Shown: positions 18,753-26,368 of the stretch, one piece after another
Layout: the number at the start of each line of letters is the position of its first letter
Numbering within the stretch: the first letter of the stretch is position 1
DNA from: Candidatus Woesearchaeota archaeon
Lineage (GTDB): Archaea; Nanobdellota; Nanobdellia; Pacearchaeales; GW2011-AR1
Length of the DNA stretch: 64,000 nucleotides
NCBI GenBank assembly: GCA_964366325.1
Contig: CAYITD010000001.1
Coordinates: 119,634-183,633, forward strand
Direction: 5' to 3'
The notes under the pieces: generated by a model
Seen by the model: only the letters and a program-made list of their open reading frames with translations
What the model was told of the DNA's origin: nothing
Database searches by the model: none
Program-made: the position numbers and the translations under genes

Positions 18753-18815
18753 GATAATGGCTCAGTCTGGCTGCCTCCAGAGCAGCAGGTGGGGGTTCGA
18801 TTCCCTCCGTGCCCA
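18743..18815 (+). tRNA. tRNA-Trp(CCA), intronless
   Basis: Acceptor GGGTGCG/CGTGCCC, anticodon arm GCTGC-CTCCAGA-GCAGC, GGTTCGATTCC T-arm, 73 nt. Confidence 0.93.
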
Positions 18816-18963
18816 TTTGGGAATCGAACAGGTTCGATTACTTCAAATTTTTAACAAATTTAAATTTGAAGGATCCGCGGAACTTGTTCTGCGTGAGCAC
18901 TCCGTGTCAATTACTAAAAGGGTTTAACAGAGAATTTAAATAGCTCTTCTTTGTGGCAAAATT

Positions 18964-19341
18964 ATGGTAGATAAGTCAATATTACAATATAGGAAAGAAG
19001 CTGATGAAGCAATTTTATTTTTTCACAGAACAAATATACCTATAGAAGATATAATTGAAGATACGGCAATTAGATTTACGTCTGAATTTAGGGAAATAGG
19101 AGCTAAAGATAATGAATATGCAACAAGAGCTGTAGCCAATGTGGCGGAAAGTATATGTTCTAGAGTTAGTTGTAGTCTAGGTCAAAATCAGGCCAACTTT
19201 AGTGGAGAAGTACTAGCGAAAAATTGCGAAGCGGTTTCGGCTATTACAATTTCTTATCTTCTTAATCTTGCAAATACTAGAGGATCGCCTCCGCATAAAA
19301 ATATTTATGAACATTTAGCATTTTTAAGAGATCTTAAGTAA
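18964..19341 (+). CDS. Hypothetical protein
   Basis: 125-aa ORF with TTTAAATA about 22 nt upstream. Confidence 0.55.
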   Translation: MVDKSILQYRKEADEAILFFHRTNIPIEDIIEDTAIRFTSEFREIGAKDNEYATRAVANVAESICSRVSCSLGQNQANFSGEVLAKNCEAVSAITISYLLNLANTRGSPPHKNIYEHLAFLRDLK

Positions 19342-19382
19342 TGGTCAGATTCTAAATCCTAGTAGGTTAGAGTCAAGAAGTT

Positions 19383-20057
19383 CTACATTTTCTTCAAAAT
19401 ATTAATTTCATCAAACGAAACAGCTGCACCTTTGAATTTAGTAGCATAAAGAACAGCCTCTAAAGCTCTGGGATCTTTTATTTCCAAAACGCCTAACTTA
19501 AAAGCAACCAAGACCAATTCAGTTGATCTTATAAAATTAAAATTAGAAAATTTTCCAAGGTTTTTTTTGTTAATTTTCACTATTGTATGCATTTTTTTAG
19601 ACATTATTTCTTCAAGGCTTTCAGGATTTTCTCCTAAAGTTCTAGTTGTTCTCTCATCAACAGCAACAAGGCTTTCTATGTTTTTCTCAGAAAGCAATTT
19701 ACTCAAGGCTAAGCAAGAAATTTCCGCAGGACTAACAATGTTAATAAATTTTCCATTCGAGGATAAAGTGTGATTTGCATAATCCATCAATTCAGTCGTT
19801 ATTTCTTTTATCCGTTCATCTCTAATGCCTGCATTATCTGGCATTTCCAAAGTTCCTTCTTTAAGCAATTGAGAAATCATTAAGGCTCCAAGCTCAAATC
19901 TAGGAATTCCAGTTGGTTTATCAATCGTCTCACTCCTTACTTCTTTTGTTATTAAAAACCGCACTCCAGTTTTTTCTTTTAGCCCCTTCAAAATATAAAG
20001 TATGCCATTCATTGAGAGGTTTATCAATGGTCCGGAATCAAGAACAACTGCCTTCAT
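19383..20057 (-). CDS. PIN-domain-like protein
   Basis: VVLDSGPLI, V..E, AEISCLAL, VDERTTR acidic motif pattern. Confidence 0.65.
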   Translation of the reverse strand: MKAVVLDSGPLINLSMNGILYILKGLKEKTGVRFLITKEVRSETIDKPTGIPRFELGALMISQLLKEGTLEMPDNAGIRDERIKEITTELMDYANHTLSSNGKFINIVSPAEISCLALSKLLSEKNIESLVAVDERTTRTLGENPESLEEIMSKKMHTIVKINKKNLGKFSNFNFIRSTELVLVAFKLGVLEIKDPRALEAVLYATKFKGAAVSFDEINILKKM

Positions 20058-20629
20058 TTTCCAAAAAACTCCAGAGCGATTTTAGCTCTTTTCTTAGTAT
20101 CAACTTTTTTTGTTTCTTTAACAACTTCAATGCTTTTTTGTCCAACATAATCAGAAAGTTCCCATTGAGAAATTCCTAAAAGCTTCGCTGTTTGCTGCAA
20201 TGATATGCCATGTTCATAAATTTTAGATGCTTTATTTATACAAGCCTTTTTTATAAGGTCTTGAATATAACTAGTTTCATCTTTGGAGATATTTTTTAGA
20301 GTTTCTATAGCTTTCTCAATACCTTCTCGAAATGTTTTTTCATTTCTCAGCTTTATAGATTTAGAAGCAAGATTAAGCAAATAATTGAATTTTTCAACGA
20401 AGTTTTCCCAGTTTTTAAATCGGGAATAATCTTCTCTTTCAACTATTTTGCTCAGAACATAAGCCAGAATGACAATAGTTATGCTTTCAGCATCTTGATG
20501 GCTGCAAGACATATGAATAGTATTGTCAGAAAGATCTCTCAGTTTAGTAGAATTTTTTTCAATCAAAGCAACCTTCATTTCTTCCAAGACTATTGATATA
20601 TGCTCAATTTCCTCTTTTTCAATTTGCAT
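20054..20629 (-). CDS. Hypothetical protein with C-terminal HTH
   Basis: EHGISLQQTAKLLGISQWEL; ATGA-coupled to the PIN-like gene. Confidence 0.65.
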   Translation of the reverse strand: MQIEKEEIEHISIVLEEMKVALIEKNSTKLRDLSDNTIHMSCSHQDAESITIVILAYVLSKIVEREDYSRFKNWENFVEKFNYLLNLASKSIKLRNEKTFREGIEKAIETLKNISKDETSYIQDLIKKACINKASKIYEHGISLQQTAKLLGISQWELSDYVGQKSIEVVKETKKVDTKKRAKIALEFFGK

Positions 20630-20712
20630 ATTCTATAAACTAATATAAATATATAAAACTATCCGCCAAGAATTAAATATAAACTTAAATATTATACATA
20701 TAGAAAATAACA

Positions 20713-22500
20713 ATGAACACTAAAACTGAATGGGATTTCTCAACTTTATTCAAGAAAGAAGAAGACATGGAACAGGAGAAGGAAAAAGTAGAAAAAGAGG
20801 TTTCAAATTTTGTAGAAAAATGGAAGAACAATTCCGATTTCCTAAGTTCGCCTGAAAAGCTAAAAGAAGCTTTAGATGATTATGAGAAATTAATAAGAAA
20901 AGCTGCAAGCGGTGGAAAAGCGCACTACTATTACTGGTTAAAAACACAACAAGACCAAAATTCTTCAGAGTTAAAGGCAAAATACAATAAAATAAATGAA
21001 TTCGCAATAAAGATTAGCAACGACTTGCAATTTTTTACCTTAAACATCTCAAAAATTAAAGAAGACAATCAAAAAATATTCCTAAGCTCTCCAATATTAT
21101 CAGAATACAAACACTATCTTGAAAAGGCATTCATACAATCAAAATACCTTCTTTCAGAGGGAGAAGAAAAAATACTCAATCTTAAGTCTAAGACTTCTCA
21201 CGAAAACTGGGATAAAATGCTCTCTTTATTTTTATCCAAAGAAGAGAGAAATGTTTTTGATGAATCTGGTTCTTTTTCTAAGAAGAATTTTTCAGAAATA
21301 TCTTCCTTACTTCAAAGTACAAAAAAAGAAGTTAGGGACAGCTCTGCAGATGCATTAAACGATATTCTTGAGAAAAACATTGATGTTGCAGAGCAAGAAA
21401 TAAATTCAATCTTAGAAGATAAAAAAATAAATGATGAATTAAGGGGATTTTCAAGACCAGATCAGAATAGGCACATTTCAGATGATTTAAGCACAGAAGT
21501 TGTAAATTCTTTAGTAAAATCCGTAACTGATAATTTTGAAATTTCAAAGAAGTATTACAAACTAAAGGCTTCTTTGTTTAATGTAGGTAAACTAGAGTAC
21601 CATGAAAGAAATGTACCTTATGGTAAAATAGAAAAAGAATTTTCATTTGAAGAATCTTCAAAATTAATAAATAAAGTTTTTCATTCTCTAGATCCTGAAT
21701 TTTCAAAGATATTTTCCGAGTTTCTAAAAGAAGGAAAAGTGGACGTTTTTCCAAAAAAAGGAAAGAGGTATGGTGCTTTTTGTATCTGGATTTCCCCAGA
21801 GTTTCCGATTTACGTTATGTTAAATCATACTAACAAACTAAATGATGTTTTAACGATCGCTCATGAATTTGGCCATGCAATAAATGGAGAGCTTTCTAAA
21901 AAGCAGAATTCTTTAAATTACGATTCTTTAACTTCAACAACAGAAGTAGCGAGTACATTTATGGAAGACTTTGTTTTTCAAGAATTATTGAAAGAATCAA
22001 CAGATGAAGAAAGACTCTCTTTGATGATGCAAAAACTTAACGATGATATTTCAACGATATTTAGGCAAGTTGCATGCTACAATTTTGAATTTGAACTACA
22101 CGAAGAATTCAGAAAAAAAGGCTTTCTCTCTAAAGAGGAAATAGGTAAAATATTCCACAAAAATATGTTGGCTTATATGGGAGATTCTGTCGAGTACACT
22201 AAGGAAAGCAATAATTGGTGGGTATCCTGGCACCATCTCAGAAGATTTTTTTATGTTTACTCATACGCCTTCGGTCTTTTGATTTCTAAGAATCTTCAAA
22301 AATCTATAAGGGAAGATCCGGCATACATAAATGATGTAAAGAAGTTTTTCTCTGCTGGCTGTTCAATTTCTCCATATACTATATTTAAAAATTTAGGCTT
22401 GGACATCTCCCAAGACACTTTTTGGCTTTCTGGCATTGAAGAAGTAAAAAATCTATTGCATGAAACGCAAGCACTTGCAAAAAGATTAGGTAAAATATAA
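20713..22500 (+). CDS. pepF: Oligoendopeptidase F (M3B)
   Basis: N-terminal WDFS, GKRYGAFC, TIAHEFGHA, TEVASTF, FYVYSYAFG. Confidence 0.9.
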   Translation: MNTKTEWDFSTLFKKEEDMEQEKEKVEKEVSNFVEKWKNNSDFLSSPEKLKEALDDYEKLIRKAASGGKAHYYYWLKTQQDQNSSELKAKYNKINEFAIKISNDLQFFTLNISKIKEDNQKIFLSSPILSEYKHYLEKAFIQSKYLLSEGEEKILNLKSKTSHENWDKMLSLFLSKEERNVFDESGSFSKKNFSEISSLLQSTKKEVRDSSADALNDILEKNIDVAEQEINSILEDKKINDELRGFSRPDQNRHISDDLSTEVVNSLVKSVTDNFEISKKYYKLKASLFNVGKLEYHERNVPYGKIEKEFSFEESSKLINKVFHSLDPEFSKIFSEFLKEGKVDVFPKKGKRYGAFCIWISPEFPIYVMLNHTNKLNDVLTIAHEFGHAINGELSKKQNSLNYDSLTSTTEVASTFMEDFVFQELLKESTDEERLSLMMQKLNDDISTIFRQVACYNFEFELHEEFRKKGFLSKEEIGKIFHKNMLAYMGDSVEYTKESNNWWVSWHHLRRFFYVYSYAFGLLISKNLQKSIREDPAYINDVKKFFSAGCSISPYTIFKNLGLDISQDTFWLSGIEEVKNLLHETQALAKRLGKI

Positions 22501-22541
22501 GGAATCAAAAGTATTAAATACTTATTTTTCTTTTTAATCAA

Positions 22542-22913
22542 ATGCAGGTTATTTTAGATACTAGCTTCATAGTGTCTTGTTTGATGAAGAGGATAGAATT
22601 TTTAGATAAATTAAGCGAATTAGGTTTTCACGTCTTAGTTCCAAGAGAAGTTCTAGAAGAATTAAAAGATTTAAAGAAAAACGATAAAACTACAATGCGA
22701 GAGAGAGAAATGATAGCAATAGCATTAGAATTACTTTCTTCCAGAAAGATTAAGAAAACAAGACTCGGTCATAAAAATGTTGATCAGGGGCTTATACAAA
22801 AAGGAGTTGAAGGAATATATATTGCAACTTTAGATCGCGGAATAAAGAATAAAATACCTAACAAAATAGTTATATCAGCAGCACAAAATTCTCTATTAAT
22901 AGAGCGAGCTTAA
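22542..22913 (+). CDS. PIN-domain protein (Fcf1/Utp24-like)
   Basis: VILDTSF, VLEEL, VDQGL, IATLDR. Confidence 0.75.
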   Translation: MQVILDTSFIVSCLMKRIEFLDKLSELGFHVLVPREVLEELKDLKKNDKTTMREREMIAIALELLSSRKIKKTRLGHKNVDQGLIQKGVEGIYIATLDRGIKNKIPNKIVISAAQNSLLIERA

Positions 22914-22970
22914 GGTTTAAATATAAGGTTTTATTGCTATTAAAAAGAATATGAAAGGAGGGAAAATAAT

Positions 22971-23324
22971 ATGTCAAATACTAAAGATCTAGCCATGAAA
23001 GTTAACTGGTTACTTCTAGGCTTACTTATGTTGGTCGCAGGTTTAGTGAAACTATTCATCATGAAACCTTCAGCAGTTGTAGGTATGCTTTCAGGAATGG
23101 GTTTTCCAGCCGCAACATTTTTTGCTTGGATACTAATTTTATCAGAAATAGTTTTTGGAGCTTTGATTTTAGCTAAATGGAAACTAAAATATACGGTTAT
23201 TCCTCCGATGATTATCTTGATAATCGCAGCATTTGCTACTAATTGGGGTAATTGGGCAGGATTGTTACTACATTTGTTAGCAGCTTCAAACTATTGGGTT
23301 CTTGGTTCTTCTGCAAAGAAATGA
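22971..23324 (+). CDS. DoxX-family membrane protein
   Basis: GLVKLF, MGFP, AWILILSEIVFG; GGAGG RBS. Confidence 0.75.
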   Translation: MSNTKDLAMKVNWLLLGLLMLVAGLVKLFIMKPSAVVGMLSGMGFPAATFFAWILILSEIVFGALILAKWKLKYTVIPPMIILIIAAFATNWGNWAGLLLHLLAASNYWVLGSSAKK

Positions 23325-23357
23325 AACCAGAACATTTTTTAATTTGTTTTTTTTAAT

Positions 23358-24401
23358 TTGTTTATGAAAAGATTGGCCATAATCGGTGGAGGTTTTGCAG
23401 GTTCAAAAATAGCTAAATCTCTAGAAAATAAATTCCACACAACTCTAATAGACACAAAAAATTACTTCGAATTTACTCCTGGGATTCTAAGGACAATAGT
23501 CTATCCAGAGCATATAAAAAAAATTCAAGTATTGCATAAAAACTATCTAAAAAATACAGAAATTATTATAGGAGAAGTTAAAGAAGTAGCAAGTAAATAT
23601 GTAAAAGTCAAAAATAAAAAGATTTTTTTTGATTATCTTGTTGTTTCCTCAGGTTCGAAATATAGCTCTCCAATAAAAGACCAAAAGATAATTATGGCAA
23701 CAAGAGCGAGTATTTTAAGAGAAAGTTTCACAAATTTATGCAAATCAAATACTGTTTTAATAATTGGTGGCGGTCTTGTTGGAGTAGAACTTGCGGCAGA
23801 AATATGCAATAGATACAAAAATAAAAAAGATATAACTCTCGTCCACGCTAAAAATCACCTAATAGAGAGAAACGATGAAAAAGCCTCAGATTTTGTTGAA
23901 AAATATCTTAGAAAGAGAAATGTTAAAATTATTTTTAATGAAAGAGTTTTGAAAAAAACAGGCAATTTTTATCTAACGAATAAAGGTAAAAAAATAAAAG
24001 CAGATGCAGTTTTCCTCTGTACAGGAATTGTGCCTAATTATTCTTTCATGAGGGATAATTTTTCTTCAAGCCTAAATGAAAAGAATCAAATAAAAGTAAA
24101 TAGCTTTCTTCAGGTTGAAAATCATAAAAGTATTTTTGTAGCAGGTGATGTCTCTGGAACAGAAGTTGAAAAAACAGCCCAAAATGCAGAACATCAAGGA
24201 AAAATAGTAATAAAAAATCTCCTTGCACTTGAAAACAAAAAAGCGCTGGTTAATTATACTCCAAAAAGAGGACCCTTAGTAATAAGTCTTGGAAGGTACA
24301 ATGGCTTGTACGTAAATAAAGATTTTATAATAAAAGGCAAGATCCCAGCTTTAATGAAATATCTAGTTGAAAAATGGGAGATGTTTAAGAAGAGGTTTTA
24401 G
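23358..24401 (+). CDS. FAD-dependent pyridine-nucleotide oxidoreductase (AIF/AMID/NDH-2-like)
   Basis: IIGGGFAG, IIGGGLVGVELAAE, IFVAGD. Confidence 0.85.
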   Translation: MFMKRLAIIGGGFAGSKIAKSLENKFHTTLIDTKNYFEFTPGILRTIVYPEHIKKIQVLHKNYLKNTEIIIGEVKEVASKYVKVKNKKIFFDYLVVSSGSKYSSPIKDQKIIMATRASILRESFTNLCKSNTVLIIGGGLVGVELAAEICNRYKNKKDITLVHAKNHLIERNDEKASDFVEKYLRKRNVKIIFNERVLKKTGNFYLTNKGKKIKADAVFLCTGIVPNYSFMRDNFSSSLNEKNQIKVNSFLQVENHKSIFVAGDVSGTEVEKTAQNAEHQGKIVIKNLLALENKKALVNYTPKRGPLVISLGRYNGLYVNKDFIIKGKIPALMKYLVEKWEMFKKRF

Positions 24402-24419
24402 TTTTTAATTAAATAAGCG

Positions 24420-24731
24420 TTAGATGCTTTCTTGTGCGTTTTCTCCTAGACAGGTTATTTTTCTTACATGCTCCATTGAGATTATAGCCTCTAAAGGGGC
24501 GCCTTTATCAGAAGACCCCTTTCTCAAAACTATAGGCTTTCTCAATAACATAGATCTTGTCAAATATTCCAAATCATCTTCCCTCCTGCCTTTATCATCA
24601 TTTACTTTTATTCTAGTTGGAGAGCCGTTTGCACCGTTAATTACATCATATTGAGCAATATTTTCAGTCTCTAATTCCACTGGCTTTCCATGATAATATT
24701 CCACTCTTACTTTCATAGACAAAATCTCCAA
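24420..24731 (-). CDS. Hypothetical protein (start probably 24716)
   Basis: ORF with upstream TATA-like AT tract; no motif. Confidence 0.5.
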   Translation of the reverse strand: MEILSMKVRVEYYHGKPVELETENIAQYDVINGANGSPTRIKVNDDKGRREDDLEYLTRSMLLRKPIVLRKGSSDKGAPLEAIISMEHVRKITCLGENAQESI

Positions 24732-24768
24732 TCTCTCTTTATATATTTTTCTTCAGTAAAGTTGCTAC

Positions 24769-26058
24769 TTAAATTTTCATCTCAATCTTTTTCTTCCCAC
24801 CCATATACTTCTGCAGGACTTTAGGAATATTTATGCTTCCATCTTTATTTTGATTGTTTTCCATTATTGCAACCAAAGCCCTAGAAGTTGCAATTGCCGT
24901 ATTGTTCAAGGTGTGAACAAACTTCCTTTCATTCTTTTCATCAAGAAAACGAATATTCAATCTTCTTGCCTGTGCTTCTTCCATATTAGTCACAGAAGTA
25001 ATCTCAAAATATTTTTTCTGTCTTGGGCTCCAAGCCTCAAGGTCCGCACTCTTCGCTTTCAAATCAGATAAATCTCCAGAACAACATTCTAGCTCTCTTA
25101 TAGGTATTTCAAGGCCTTTAAACAACTCTTTACTTAATTTTAAAAGTTCATCATAATACTTATACGAATCTTCAGGCTTACAAATTACTACCATCTCCTG
25201 TTTGTTAAACTGATGAGTCCTATACAATCCTTTTTCATCTATTCCATGGCTTCCAATCTCTCTTCTAAAACACATGCTATAAGCCGTAATTTTAACAGGT
25301 AGGTCTTCTTTCTTCAAAGTTTTATCTTTATACATGCCTATGAGTGGATGTTCAGAAGTTGCAATCAAGTACAAGTCTTCTCCTTCAGTTTTATAAGCCA
25401 TCTGTTCTATTTCAGCATTGGAATATACTCCTTCCAAAACTTCTTTCCTTATCATCAAAGGGGGTTCAATATACAAATATCCTTTCTTAACCATAAACTC
25501 TCTTGCATAACTAATTAAAGCCTGATTAAGCAAAGCCAAGTCACCTTTCATAACATAAAATCCATTTCCAGAAATTTTCGCGGAAGAGTCAAAATCCAAA
25601 ACTCCTAAACTCTCCCCAAGTTCCGCGTGATTTTTTACATCAAAACTAAAATCTTTTATTTTTCCAATCTTTTCTTTTACAACATTTTCTTCTGCATTTT
25701 TCCCTATTGGAACACTTTTATGTATGATATTAGGTATCTTAAGCATCAATTGATGTATCTCTTCTTCAAGCCTTCTCGTGTTTTCCTCAATTTTAGCAAT
25801 CTCATCAGGTATCTGCTTTGCCTTCTTCATTAATTTTTCAACTTCCTTATCTTTTCCAGATTTCTTTAATTCAGATATTTCTTGAGAGATTTTATTCCTT
25901 GAGTGTCTCAATTCATCAACTTCTTTTTTCAAAGAGCGCCATTTTTTATCCTTCTCAAAGACTTCTTCAACGTATTTTATCTTTTCATTCTGAAATTTCT
26001 TCTTTATATTCTCTTTAACGATTTCAGGATTTTCTCTCACTAACTTTATATCAATCAT
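24769..26058 (-). CDS. serS: Seryl-tRNA synthetase
   Basis: MIDIKLVRENP coiled-coil arm, LIATSEHP, CFRREIG, YRTHQFNKQE, HTLNNTAIATSR. Confidence 0.97.
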   Translation of the reverse strand: MIDIKLVRENPEIVKENIKKKFQNEKIKYVEEVFEKDKKWRSLKKEVDELRHSRNKISQEISELKKSGKDKEVEKLMKKAKQIPDEIAKIEENTRRLEEEIHQLMLKIPNIIHKSVPIGKNAEENVVKEKIGKIKDFSFDVKNHAELGESLGVLDFDSSAKISGNGFYVMKGDLALLNQALISYAREFMVKKGYLYIEPPLMIRKEVLEGVYSNAEIEQMAYKTEGEDLYLIATSEHPLIGMYKDKTLKKEDLPVKITAYSMCFRREIGSHGIDEKGLYRTHQFNKQEMVVICKPEDSYKYYDELLKLSKELFKGLEIPIRELECCSGDLSDLKAKSADLEAWSPRQKKYFEITSVTNMEEAQARRLNIRFLDEKNERKFVHTLNNTAIATSRALVAIMENNQNKDGSINIPKVLQKYMGGKKKIEMKI

Positions 26059-26130
26059 ACTTATTCACAGAAAAATATATTATTTAAAACATTCCCCTTT
26101 GGCATTTAGGAATAGAAAACAAAAATTCAA

Positions 26131-26343
26131 TCAATTACCAAATATGAATCTTCCAGTTTTCCCAATGCACACAATTCCATAAACTGCTACAATAAAACAG
26201 CAAATTCCAAGAATGTCCACAATCATAGAATCTTTAATACCATTCAAAAGATAAAACCCAGAAATAAGAAAGACCGTTACAGCAAAAGAATCTGCTCTGC
26301 CATGGTTAATTTTTCTCTTCGCCCTCTTCATATCCAATAACAC
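26131..26343 (-). CDS. Small two-TM membrane protein
   Basis: Two hydrophobic segments. Confidence 0.5.
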   Translation of the reverse strand: MLLDMKRAKRKINHGRADSFAVTVFLISGFYLLNGIKDSMIVDILGICCFIVAVYGIVCIGKTGRFIFGN

Positions 26344-26368
26344 AAATTAGAACTAAATAAATCTTTCC

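Noticed and set aside
18745..18927. 60-aa ORF in the track
   Set aside because: Overlaps tRNA-Trp and the downstream hairpins; spurious.
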